DNA of 64,000 bases from an uncultured Anaerolineales bacterium (GCA_964461715.1 CAYWVR010000002.1:76453-140452), one strand, 5' to 3'. Positions 9,121 to 18,346 are shown, numbered from the stretch's first letter. The notes: generated from the sequence alone by a model not told the origin. Made by a program: numbers and translations.

Positions 9121-10188
9121 CTAGAAGGTGACCGAGAGGGAGATGACGACCGTGTTCGACCGACCGAAATCCGGCTCCAGCTCCGGGAACATGTGGCTCT
9201 GGTAGGCCACGTCCAGCGAGAACCAGTCGCACGGATAGATGCCCAGCCCCGCCCCCCAGGCCGTGTTGCCGCGCCCGTCGATCGTCACGCCGCTCCGTAC
9301 GTAGAACCCGTCACAGAGCTGGTGGTCGACGCCCACCATGAACCGGTGGACCTGGAGGCGGCCCGTGTCGTCGTGGAACGAGCCGAACTGGTAATCCGCA
9401 TAGACGAGCGAATCGGGCAGGTATTCGTAGGACAGGCCGGGGCGCAATAGGTACTGGTGGCCCGTGTCCTTGATCCGGGCGCCCGTGCCCGGCCCGAAGA
9501 CGGGAAAGATCGTCGTCCGCGAGGGGCTGAAGGCGTAATCGAACACCACGCCGCCGAGGAGCTTGTCGCAGATGCGGCCCAGGACGCCGAATCGCCAGCC
9601 GTACGTCTCGCCGAGGGCGTCGGCGAAGTCGATGTGGCCGGGCAGGTCGAGCTCGGTGTTCGTGCGGGCATAGTTGAAGTTGGCGCCGAAGGCGAAATCC
9701 TCGTTGACGCGTCGGCCCCACTGGAGCTGGAAGACGTCAATGTCGAGGCGAAAATCGAGACCGTCGCGCCGTCTCCCGCGGGTCGAGCGGGCCTGGGCGA
9801 AGGCCGGCTGGAACGTGCCGTGGTCCGGCGTCTGCCACGTCATGGCCTCCGCGGCCACGTGGATGTCCGTGTCCTCGTGGAAGTGGAGACGGGCGTACTG
9901 CGGGCTGAAGGAGAGGTTCAAGTCGCCCGGAATGGGCGTCCAGGCGACGGCGGCCGGGTTGATGGACGAGGACCACTTGCTGCCCGCCGAGGCCCCGCCG
10001 GCCCCCGCCACGTCGCCGTAGGGCGAGAATCGGCTGAGGGCCGCCGGAAGCCGAAGCGACAGGTCCTTGTCGTCGAACCCGCCGGCCCGAGAGACGCCGG
10101 CCGTCAGCAGAACCGCGACCGCTCCTGCGGCCGACACGAGGGCCCGGCCGATCCAGACACGTCCGTTCATGGCACGCTCCTCCTGCAA
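9121..10188 (-). CDS. outer-membrane beta-barrel protein (putative porin)
   Basis: Signal peptide (…RALVSAAGAVAVLLTAGVSRAGG). The sequence shows alternating amphipathic beta-strand pattern rich in Tyr/Gly/Asp/Phe, and the last residue is Phe (…VISLSVTF), the beta-barrel assembly signature. Confidence 0.7.
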   Translation of the reverse strand: MQEERAMNGRVWIGRALVSAAGAVAVLLTAGVSRAGGFDDKDLSLRLPAALSRFSPYGDVAGAGGASAGSKWSSSINPAAVAWTPIPGDLNLSFSPQYARLHFHEDTDIHVAAEAMTWQTPDHGTFQPAFAQARSTRGRRRDGLDFRLDIDVFQLQWGRRVNEDFAFGANFNYARTNTELDLPGHIDFADALGETYGWRFGVLGRICDKLLGGVVFDYAFSPSRTTIFPVFGPGTGARIKDTGHQYLLRPGLSYEYLPDSLVYADYQFGSFHDDTGRLQVHRFMVGVDHQLCDGFYVRSGVTIDGRGNTAWGAGLGIYPCDWFSLDVAYQSHMFPELEPDFGRSNTVVISLSVTF

Positions 10189-10367
10189 CTCATCCCATAC
10201 GGGTATCGTCCCCGAGCGCCCGGTTTGTACACCCTTTCCGTCCTTCGAGCGTCGGACGCCCCCGGAAACACTTTTTCCCTACGCCGCCCCCCGCAAAGCG
10301 CCCGATATACTGGGGGAAGCGGCGCGGGGGGACGCGCTGTCCCCGACCTGCACAAGGAGCGCTGCGC

Positions 10368-11771
10368 GTGCCTTTGGACGGACTGCATCTTGCCCTGGGG
10401 GGCCTGCTGGGGGCGGCAACCGTCGTCGCGACGTGGGCGCTGACCGCCTGGGGCCGGGCCCGGGCCGACGCCCGCGACGCCCGCGACGCCCTCGCCCGCC
10501 GCGAGGACGACCTCGAGCAGACCCGCCGCCGGGCCCGCGCCTTGGCCGTCATGGCCAATAGCGCCAAGGCCATGCGCAACGAGTTCCTCTCCAACATCAG
10601 CCACGAGGTCCGAACCCCCATGAACACCGTCATGGGCATGACCGAGCTGGCCCTCGGGACCGAGCTCTCGGAGAAGCAGCGGCGGTACCTGGAGCGGGTC
10701 CGCGAGGCCGGGGCCTCGCTCCTGGGACTCCTGAACGATCTTCTGGACCTCTCGAAGATCCACGCGCGGCGGCTGCGCGTCGTGCCGCACGAGTTCCACC
10801 TCCGCGACTGCCTGGGCGACATCACGCAGCGGTACCGCGGGAGGGCCCGTCAGAAGGGCCTGACCCTCGTGACGGAGATCGCCGACGACGTGCCCGACGA
10901 GGTCATCGGCGACGCGGGTCGGCTGCGGCAAATGGTCGGGGCGCTGCTCTCGAACGCGGTCAAGTTCTCCGATGGGGGCACCGTCGAGCTCCGGGGCCGG
11001 CTCGTCTCCCGCGAGCGCCAGCGGGCGCTCGTGGAACTGGCCGTCCGCGACGAGGGCGTCGGCATCCCCCGGGCCCGGCAGGCCGCCATCTTCGAGGCCT
11101 TCAAGCAGGTCGACGGCAGCGAGACGCGCTCGGCGGGCGGCGTGGGCATCGGGCTGGCCATCGCCGCCGAGGTCGCCCAGATGATGGGAGGACGGATCGA
11201 CGTCGACAGCCACCCCGGGCGCGGCAGCACGTTCACGCTGACCATCCCCCTGGCCCTGCCGCCCGGCGTGGCCGAGGCCCTGGACGCGGTGCGTCCTTCG
11301 CTGGCGGGGCGGCGGGCCCTGGTCGTCAATGATCATTCCGAGATGCGCGAGGCCCTGGCCGACATGCTCGCCGCCGAGGGCGTCGACGTGCTCCAGGCCC
11401 CCAGCGGGGCGGCCCGGCGGCACCTGGCGGGGGCGGCCGCGGTGGACCGCCCCTTCGACGTCGTCCTCGTCGACGGTTCCGCCCCGCGGACCGACGCCCC
11501 GGCCCTGGCGGCCCAGTTGCTGGAGACCGGCTGGCTGGACGGGGCCCGGCTCATGGTCGTGACCTCCGCCGGCCACCGCGGAGACGCCGCCCGATGCCGC
11601 GATCTGGGCGTCGCAGCGTACCTGACGTTCCCGCTGAGCGCGGAGGACCTGGCGGAGGCCGTGGCCATGGCCCTTCAGGGCCCTGCGGAGGGCCATCCAC
11701 ACCTGATCACGAATCACGCGGCACGCGAGCGGCGCCAGGCGGCACGCCCGACATCCCCCGCCGGGGCCTGA
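10368..11771 (+). CDS. hybrid sensor histidine kinase / response regulator
   Basis: N-terminal TM helix. HisKA H-box FLSNISHEVRTPMN; HATPase N/G boxes (LLSNAVKFS… DEGVGIP… GGVGIGLAIA); C-terminal receiver domain (…RALVVNDHSEM…FDVVLVDGS…). Confidence 0.85.
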   Translation: MPLDGLHLALGGLLGAATVVATWALTAWGRARADARDARDALARREDDLEQTRRRARALAVMANSAKAMRNEFLSNISHEVRTPMNTVMGMTELALGTELSEKQRRYLERVREAGASLLGLLNDLLDLSKIHARRLRVVPHEFHLRDCLGDITQRYRGRARQKGLTLVTEIADDVPDEVIGDAGRLRQMVGALLSNAVKFSDGGTVELRGRLVSRERQRALVELAVRDEGVGIPRARQAAIFEAFKQVDGSETRSAGGVGIGLAIAAEVAQMMGGRIDVDSHPGRGSTFTLTIPLALPPGVAEALDAVRPSLAGRRALVVNDHSEMREALADMLAAEGVDVLQAPSGAARRHLAGAAAVDRPFDVVLVDGSAPRTDAPALAAQLLETGWLDGARLMVVTSAGHRGDAARCRDLGVAAYLTFPLSAEDLAEAVAMALQGPAEGHPHLITNHAARERRQAARPTSPAGA

Positions 11772-11804
11772 GCGATCCCCGGCGTCCGGCCGAAGGAGCC
11801 TTGG

Positions 11805-12731
11805 ATGGAGATCGTCAACGCCCACGTCCATCTCATCGAGCTGGACCGGATGATGGAACGGGGCCGGGGGTTCGCCCTGCCCTCGGGCATCGCCGTCTTC
11901 GAGGAATACCGCGAAAGCCTGCATCTGCTCTCGGAAGACGAGCTTCTGCGGCAGATGGACGAGGCGGGGATCGACCGCTCGATCCTCTTCGCCGTCGACG
12001 CCCCCATCGTCTACGCCTCGAACGAGTACGTTCACGCGGTCTGCCGGCGCCATCCCGACCGACTCCTGGGCTTCGCCTCCGTCCGGCCTCAGGCCCCCGA
12101 CGCGGTCGAGACGTTCGAGCGGGCGATCCAGGGCTTGGGGATGCGGGGCCTGAAGCTCCACCCCCCGCTCCAGGACTTCTACCCGAACGACGAGGCCGTT
12201 TATCCGCTCTACGAGAAGGCTGTGGCCCTGGACGTGCCCGTGGTGTTCCATGTGGGCACGACGCCGTTCGGCAGCCTCTGTCGCCTGGACCAGGCCAATC
12301 CGCTCCTGCTGGACGAGGTGGCGGTGGCATTTCCCGAGATGCGGATTCTGCTTACGCACCTCGGGACGCTGTGGCACCAGGTGGCCCTGATGGTCGTCGA
12401 AAAGAACCCGAACGTGTTTATCGACACGGCGGCGTACCTGTACGAGATCCGCGAGATCATGACGCCCGAGACGGTCGCTCGCGTCGGCGCGGACCGCTTC
12501 ATTTTCGGGACCGATTACCCGACGCCCTACGTCGGCCAGGTGCACCGCCTGGCGGACTTCGTCGACACCGTACGCGGGCTTCCCCTTCCCGCCGAAACGA
12601 TCGAGGCGATCCTCGGTCGCAACGTCGAGCTGCTCCTTAACGGCCGCCCCGACCGCGGACCGGGCATGAGCGCCGAGACCGTGATCGAGGAAGCCGCCCG
12701 TTACATCCGCCGCGAACCCGAAACGACGTAA
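11805..12731 (+). CDS. Amidohydrolase_2 family metal-dependent hydrolase/decarboxylase (TIM barrel)
   Basis: The start MEIVNAHVHL… (metal-binding HxH), followed by …LLGFASV…GLKLHP…VVFHVG…LLTHLG…FGTDYP, fits the Amidohydrolase_2 (ACMSD-like) architecture. Confidence 0.7.
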   Translation: MEIVNAHVHLIELDRMMERGRGFALPSGIAVFEEYRESLHLLSEDELLRQMDEAGIDRSILFAVDAPIVYASNEYVHAVCRRHPDRLLGFASVRPQAPDAVETFERAIQGLGMRGLKLHPPLQDFYPNDEAVYPLYEKAVALDVPVVFHVGTTPFGSLCRLDQANPLLLDEVAVAFPEMRILLTHLGTLWHQVALMVVEKNPNVFIDTAAYLYEIREIMTPETVARVGADRFIFGTDYPTPYVGQVHRLADFVDTVRGLPLPAETIEAILGRNVELLLNGRPDRGPGMSAETVIEEAARYIRREPETT

Positions 12732-12741
12732 GGACGGCCCC

Positions 12742-14139
12742 ATGATGCCGGCCGAGACGCCCGACCCGGAGACACAGGCCGCCAACGCCGTGGTGGCCGA
12801 GGGTGCCGAGCGATTCCTGGAGGCCTTCCGCCGGACGGTCCGCGAGGTCCCGGCCTACCGGGCCATCCTGGACGCCGAGAACCTAAACCCCGGCCAGGTC
12901 AGGGGGCCGGAGGACCTGACGCGGCTGCCCCTGCTGGACAAGCAACGGGTCTTCGGCGAACACCGGCTGGCGGACCTTTGCGTCGGGGGGACACTCGCCG
13001 ATGCCGCGCTGGTCTACTCGAGCAGCGGGCACTCCGGCACGTTCTCGTTCGGCGTCGAGAGCCGCGAGGATCTGGCACGCGGGGCGGCGGGTCTGGAAAT
13101 GCACCTCGACGCCCTCTTTGGAGCCCTGGAGAGGCCGACGCTCCTGGTCAACTGCCTTCCGATGGGCGTCCGCATCCCCACGCGGACGCTCCCGGTGGCC
13201 GAGACGAGCGTCCGGACCGACGCCATCGTTGCCGTCCTGAGGGCCTTGAGGCATGAGTTCGACCAGTTCATCCTCATCGGCGAGCACCTCCTCCAGAAGA
13301 AGGTCGTCGACGAGGGCGCCGACGCGGACCCGGGGTGGGAGGACCTGTGCGTCCACGTCGTGACGGGGGCGGAGTTCATCTCCGAGAGTTGGCGGGGGTA
13401 CATGGCGGCCCGGCTGGGCGTCGACGGCGCCGACCCGCGGCAGGGGATGGTCGGCATCAACATGGGCCTCTCGGAGCTCTCGGTCAGCATCTTCCGCGAT
13501 ACGCCGCGACTGGCCCGCCTGCGCCGCCGCGCCGACGAAGACCCGGACCTACGCCGCGAGATCTTCGGATCGGAGGCCCGCGTCACGCCCGAGATCCTCC
13601 AGTACGACCCCCGCCACACGTGGCTCGAAACGGTCCCGGACAAGGCGGGGCGGCCGGAGCTGGTCGTCTCGACCCTGGACCCCGAGCGCACGTTGCCGCT
13701 GCTTCGGTACCGGACGGGCGATCACGTAGCCCTGCGGCCCTACGCGGACCTGCGGGAGATCCTGGAGCGGACGGGCAACGCCGACCTTCTCCCGCCGCAC
13801 CCCCTGCCCGTGGGGCTTATCTATGGGCGGAACCCCGGCCTCGATCTGCCCGGCGGGGGGCGGGTGACCGTCGCGGACGTCAAGGACGTCCTCTATCGCG
13901 ACCATGAGGCCGCGCGCGACTGGACCGGCCTCTTCCACCTGACGCCTGCCGAGGACGGCATGGGGGCAGTCGAGATCGAGGCCCGCGAGGGCCATCCGCC
14001 GTCGGCGCGCGCAGCCGAAGCCCTCGAAGACCGTCTGGCGGCCTTGGTCGGGGAGCGCGTGCCCGTCGCCGTTCGGCCCTACGGCCGGTTCCAGTACGGC
14101 TGGGGCTTCAATTACGAAAGAAAGCCGTCGTACGTCTGA
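12742..14139 (+). CDS. PaaK/CapK-like adenylate-forming enzyme (phenylacetate-CoA ligase / F390-synthetase family)
   Basis: The N-terminal …AYRAILD…GPEDLTRLPLLDKQ… is a PaaK-type N-domain, and the C-terminal adenylation hinge motif RYRTGD is present. Length is 465 aa. Confidence 0.75.
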   Translation: MMPAETPDPETQAANAVVAEGAERFLEAFRRTVREVPAYRAILDAENLNPGQVRGPEDLTRLPLLDKQRVFGEHRLADLCVGGTLADAALVYSSSGHSGTFSFGVESREDLARGAAGLEMHLDALFGALERPTLLVNCLPMGVRIPTRTLPVAETSVRTDAIVAVLRALRHEFDQFILIGEHLLQKKVVDEGADADPGWEDLCVHVVTGAEFISESWRGYMAARLGVDGADPRQGMVGINMGLSELSVSIFRDTPRLARLRRRADEDPDLRREIFGSEARVTPEILQYDPRHTWLETVPDKAGRPELVVSTLDPERTLPLLRYRTGDHVALRPYADLREILERTGNADLLPPHPLPVGLIYGRNPGLDLPGGGRVTVADVKDVLYRDHEAARDWTGLFHLTPAEDGMGAVEIEAREGHPPSARAAEALEDRLAALVGERVPVAVRPYGRFQYGWGFNYERKPSYV

Positions 14140-14165
14140 AGCACACTTCGCTGGGAGGTTGAGCC

Positions 14166-14999
14166 ATGGCCGACGTGCAAGCGAGCTGGGACCCGGCCTA
14201 CGCCGGGATGGTCGAGCGCAACATCGGGCTTCTCAAGCCCGAGGAACAGGAACGCCTGCGGACGGCCCGCTGTGCGGTGTTCGGGACGGGAGGGCTCGGA
14301 GGGGTGGCCTTCGAGGTCCTCGTACGGAGCGGAGTGGGCCACTTCAACATCGTCGACAAGGACGCCTTCGACGCCTCCAACCTGAACCGCCAGATCCACG
14401 CCACTCGCAAGACGATCGGCCACGTCAAGGTCCAGGCCGCCCGCGAGCGAGCCCTCGAGATCAACCCCACCGTCGAGGTCGCCACCTGGGAGCGCGTCGA
14501 CGGGGAGACCGTCCGGGAGATCCTCCGCGGGGCCGACGTCGCCGTCCAGGCCATCGATACGCTGCGGGCGTCGCTCGTCCTGTCGCGGGCGGCCCGCGAG
14601 ATGGGCGTCCCGTTCGTCGAGGGATGGGCCATCCCCTTCCCGAATTGCCGCACCTTCACCGCCGAGACGCCGAGCCTCGAGGAAGCCTACGGTCTGCCGA
14701 CGGCGGATCGGGCCGTCTCGGACATCCCGGACGAGGAGATCCGGAAGCTCCAGACGAACCTCCTGTTCGGACTCGGGCAGATCGAAGGGGTGGGGGACTT
14801 CTACGATCAGGCCACGATCGACCGGATCGCCGCGGGACACCTCTCCTCGTTCGCCCCCATGGTCTGGGGCACGGCCGTGATGGTGGCCACCGAGGCCCTG
14901 AAGGTGCTGCTCGGCTGGGGTACGCTCGCCCTCGCTCCGCGCTTCGCGGTCTACGACCCGTACGAGCACCGGATGCCCGGGATCCTGCCCGCTCCTTAG
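14166..14999 (+). CDS. ThiF/MoeB/HesA-family E1-like nucleotidyltransferase (TcdA/CsdL-like small form)
   Basis: Rossmann GxGxxG (VFGTGGLGGVAFEVL) followed by IVDKDAFDASNLNRQIHA… No C-terminal CxxC zinc motif or rhodanese domain. From memory it resembles the TcdA subgroup. Confidence 0.7.
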   Translation: MADVQASWDPAYAGMVERNIGLLKPEEQERLRTARCAVFGTGGLGGVAFEVLVRSGVGHFNIVDKDAFDASNLNRQIHATRKTIGHVKVQAARERALEINPTVEVATWERVDGETVREILRGADVAVQAIDTLRASLVLSRAAREMGVPFVEGWAIPFPNCRTFTAETPSLEEAYGLPTADRAVSDIPDEEIRKLQTNLLFGLGQIEGVGDFYDQATIDRIAAGHLSSFAPMVWGTAVMVATEALKVLLGWGTLALAPRFAVYDPYEHRMPGILPAP

Positions 15000-15013
15000 G
15001 CCTTAGGACGCCG

Positions 15014-15895
15014 CTAGGCGGGCGAGATCTCGGTGGTATCGCCTCGGCAGACGGCCCGGAAGAGCGTCCCGCCCCATCGTTCCCGCAGCGCCGTCCGCTC
15101 GCGGTCCGTGAGCCGCGCGAGCAAGTCCAGGCGACCCGCCACCAGCTCTCGCAGGCGCATCGGGTCGCCGAAGGTGCGGCGGTTCATGATCTGCCAGAAA
15201 CGGGCGTAATCGACGTAGGGGTTGGCCTCCAGGAGCCACGAGACCAGGAACGCGCGCCGACCGAGCCGCCGATCGGCCTCGCGAGCCCGGTCGGCCAGGC
15301 AGGAGAGGCTGAGGCGCCGTCCCGTGGGCCGGTCGCCCCACGGCTCGAAAAGGACCACGGCGTCGAAGACCGTCCCGCCGCAGCCGCAGAAGAGGTCGTC
15401 GGCCCCGCCCGCAGCGGCGACGGCCGCGGCCGCCCGCGCCAGCTCCGCCCAGACGGGGAAGGCCGCATCAGGGGCCGCGCATCCGACCATCTCGGCCGCC
15501 TGCCGGCCCATGGAACGCAGGCACGCGAGAGCCCGGCCGAAGGGAGCGTCGCCCGGAAGACCGAACGTCACCGAGTCCCGCACCACGGCCAGGGCGGCGA
15601 CGGGCCGGTCGCCGATCTCGGCCATGAGGACGGCCGTCTCCTCCTGTGCCATGCGCACCGCCGACAGCGGGACGCCGCCGACCGTCTCCCAGCCCTTCGG
15701 GGGCGCGAGCAACAGCCGTCCCGCCGACGTCAGGTCCTCGGGGGTCACGGCCCGCCTGACGCGGAACCGTGTCGTGTCGTCTCCGCTAAGCCACGCGCGC
15801 CCGATCCTCGGGCTGCGTGCCAGATGTTCCATGCCGATCGGGATCATCGGAGGCCTCCATCGGTCCTTAGGCCGTCGGCGGCGATTCCGCGGCAC
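15014..15895 (-). CDS. FeeM/LuxI-like GNAT-fold N-acyltransferase paralogue A (full length; possible real start at MEHL, 15832)
   Basis: Shares the N-terminal block (…TRFRVRRAVTPEDL…AALAVV…) and the C-terminal ~50-aa block (…DPMRLRELVAGRLDLLARLTDRERTALRERWGGTLFRAV…) with paralogues B and C. The track start is GTG. Confidence 0.55.
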   Translation of the reverse strand: MPRNRRRRPKDRWRPPMIPIGMEHLARSPRIGRAWLSGDDTTRFRVRRAVTPEDLTSAGRLLLAPPKGWETVGGVPLSAVRMAQEETAVLMAEIGDRPVAALAVVRDSVTFGLPGDAPFGRALACLRSMGRQAAEMVGCAAPDAAFPVWAELARAAAAVAAAGGADDLFCGCGGTVFDAVVLFEPWGDRPTGRRLSLSCLADRAREADRRLGRRAFLVSWLLEANPYVDYARFWQIMNRRTFGDPMRLRELVAGRLDLLARLTDRERTALRERWGGTLFRAVCRGDTTEISPA

Positions 15896-16232
15896 ACATC
15901 ACTTGCGCGAACGTCGCGGGACCCCAGAAGGCCCGCAGCCAGTCGCGCTCTTGGCTCGTGGCACGGCCCAGGAGGCCGCTTTGCTCGATGAAGAGGCGCG
16001 CGAGAGCCCTCGGATCGTCGAAGAGATCGCCCGCCCGTTCGTTCCATTCGGCCACGGCAATGAAGGTGGCCATGTCGGGCGAGGCCTCGTCGACGCCAAG
16101 GACGGCCGCGCCCGCGGTCGTCTCGGCCACCAGATGGTGGGCCTCGCTCAGCTCATCGACGGTGAGGGCCCGGCGGATGGTTGTGCCGCGGGTGTCGGCA
16201 CCGAAGAGGCCGAGGCGCGTCAGGAGGGCCAT
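15867..16232 (-). CDS. FeeM/LuxI-like N-acyltransferase paralogue B: internally deleted mini-copy (~122 aa from MALLTRLGLF…), keeping only the N-terminal and C-terminal blocks
   Basis: MALLTRLGLFGADTRGTTIRRALTVDEL…MATFIAVAEW joins directly to …LFDDPRALARLFIEQSGLL…ERDWLRAFWGPATFAQV. The catalytic GNAT core present in paralogue C is missing. Possible longer starts exist at 16316 or 16472. Confidence 0.4.
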   Translation of the reverse strand: MALLTRLGLFGADTRGTTIRRALTVDELSEAHHLVAETTAGAAVLGVDEASPDMATFIAVAEWNERAGDLFDDPRALARLFIEQSGLLGRATSQERDWLRAFWGPATFAQVMCAAESPPTA

Positions 16233-16473
16233 CCGCCGCTCGACGCCTCCGGCGCGCGGCCGGCGCCGCGCGCGGCGGGACCGGGCGAGGTCCCGCTCCA
16301 GGGCCAGAAGGTCCATCCAGGAGGGTCGGGCGACGGACTGTGGGGGACGGGCCGCGGGAGAAAAGCCGGAGGGCGCCTGCCCTCGCGGGTCGGTCCCCAG
16401 CGGTCCCATCCGAATCCCCACGTCCTGTCCTTTCGGCGGTTGCGAGCGCGGCGGGCGGCGGGCCGAAGGCATC

Positions 16474-17382
16474 CTAGCACACCGGCACGGCCTGGCCCAC
16501 GTCCCCGGTCACGGCGGCAAAGGTCGCGTCACCCCAGGCCCCGCGGATGGCCTCGCGCTCGGGGCGCGTGCATCCGGGGATCAGGCCGCTGTCCTCGACG
16601 AAGAGCCGCCGGAGGGCCGACTGGTCGTCGAACAGCGTCCGGGCCTCGGCGTCCCACGCCTTGACCTGCTTGCGGTAGGGGTTGCTGACGAGGCAGCGAA
16701 TCTTGATGAAGAGGGTCGCGCTGTCGCTGTCGTCGTTGGCCTGCTCGGCCCGGGCGATCAACTCGGCGACGTTGACCCGCATCACGACCACCGGATCGTC
16801 GGTCTTGCGGGAGTAGCTGCGCACGTCGCTGACCTGCGTGAAGCCCAGGAGGTTGAAGAACCGGGCGTGGCCGGGGCTGACGGTAGTGATGAGTTCGTCG
16901 CATCCGACGGCCAGGCCGTGGGCGAACATGCACCGCATCAGCTCCGTGGGCACGGCGCTCTTGCGGTACTCGGGGGCAATGGCCTGGTTGGTGGCCTCGC
17001 AGACCCGCCGCCTGCCGACCCGAAGCTCGTCCAGCACGTCCTGGAACGCGTCGTCCGAGGGCAGCCCGAGATGCGGCCCGTCGACGGCCAGTCCCTGGAC
17101 GCCCACGACCTTTCCGTCGGCCACAGCGATGAAGGTGGCCATGGACGGCAGGGCCTCGAAGGGACGCATGCGGAGTCCGGTCGCCGTCGGCTGGATGTAG
17201 CCCTGCTCGGCGAACGCGTCGTGGACGAGCCGATAGCCCTGGATAAGGTCATCGTCGGTGACGGCTCGGCGGATGACGGCGCCGCGGGTGTCAGACCCGA
17301 ACAGACCGGCCCGCCTCAGCAGCGCCATCCGGCGCGAGGCCCGGGCCGATTCCGCGTCCCCCCTCCCCTTGTGGACCTTCAT
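16474..17382 (-). CDS. FeeM/LuxI-like GNAT-fold N-acyltransferase paralogue C (N-acyl amino acid synthase-like)
   Basis: Core …YRLVHDAFAEQGY…MATFIAVADGKVVGVQGLAV…RVCEATNQAIAPEYRKSAVPTELMRCMFAHGLAVGCDELITTVSPGHARFFNLLGF… matches the autoinducer-synthase/FeeM acyltransferase fold. A strong SD (AGGAGGGAG) lies 6 nt before the ATG at 17382. Confidence 0.6.
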   Translation of the reverse strand: MKVHKGRGDAESARASRRMALLRRAGLFGSDTRGAVIRRAVTDDDLIQGYRLVHDAFAEQGYIQPTATGLRMRPFEALPSMATFIAVADGKVVGVQGLAVDGPHLGLPSDDAFQDVLDELRVGRRRVCEATNQAIAPEYRKSAVPTELMRCMFAHGLAVGCDELITTVSPGHARFFNLLGFTQVSDVRSYSRKTDDPVVVMRVNVAELIARAEQANDDSDSATLFIKIRCLVSNPYRKQVKAWDAEARTLFDDQSALRRLFVEDSGLIPGCTRPEREAIRGAWGDATFAAVTGDVGQAVPVC

Positions 17383-18346
17383 AGCTTCTCCCTCCTACAG
17401 ATGACGAACGCCTTTCCCCTTGTTCCCATCCTGCCTACTTCCCCAGTTTGCCCCAATTTACCACCCTGTCAAATTTCACACCGGATGCGTAAACCAGAGA
17501 TGCGACGGAAGATCGTAAAACGTTTTTTGACAAGGACTTACAGAGAGATGTGACGCGGGGCCGCTTTTTCGGCCGGCACCGTCGGCTGCGCAACACCGTC
17601 GATTTTCGCCGGGTTTCTTCGCCCAGAGGCATCGCATCTGTCCGGGAAGTCGACCTCCGAAAGTGCTTCGGAAGGCCCGACTTCTCCGCCCCAGACCTGC
17701 CGCCGACCCGCTCGGCGTGAAGCGAGTCCGGCCGCCGTGCCGCTCACCCCCGACGTCGGGGGCGAACGCGTAGCCGCATGGGGGCGAAGATCAGCGGACA
17801 GAGAGACCCGGCTTGCGCCGAATCCTTGAGGGAGGGAAATGCTGTCAGTCTGGTCGTCTTGCGGTAGCGCCCAATCCAGCCGTTGTCCTTCTGCTATCCG
17901 CCTCGACGAGTGGAGTATGGCACGGAGCCGTGCTCTATCAGAAAGATTCCCCTCTTCCCGGTCCCCTCTATCCCCGCTACAGCCCTGCACCTACGTCACG
18001 GCCCGCCCGACCGGGCATCGGTTCAGGTCGTCACTCACGTCTGATAACTGCGATCCGCATGCCAACTCCCGGCAGAATTCCGATCTGTTTGATCCGGCCG
18101 TAAGCGCTTGTCTAAAAAGCACTTAGAACAAGAGTCCACGGTTTCGGGCCGTTCCCCCGGAGGCCGACCCGCCGCCGACCGTTGCCCCAGAGCAACGAAC
18201 TCGCTCGCGAAAGCGTTCTTCTTGGGACGTTAACCCTTGCGAACAAAGGACTTAAGGCCCGTTCCTCCGCATGCAACATGAGTTTCAACGCCGCAACAGA
18301 GAGGGCCGTGAACGCGAGGCACCCGCGATCCGGAGGGCCTGGAACG

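Noticed and set aside
10167-12785. 872-aa minus-strand ORF
   Set aside because: Antisense to the histidine-kinase and amidohydrolase genes, whose translations carry clear catalytic motifs. This one has none.
14166-14999. ThiF-like gene as part of a microcin-C/TOMM/ubiquitin-like conjugation system
   Set aside because: No MoaD/ThiS-like GG-terminated small ORF, no JAB/MPN peptidase, no precursor-peptide-like ORF and no rhodanese domain nearby. The protein looks more like the small TcdA/CsdL subgroup, so a conjugation or RiPP system is not supported.
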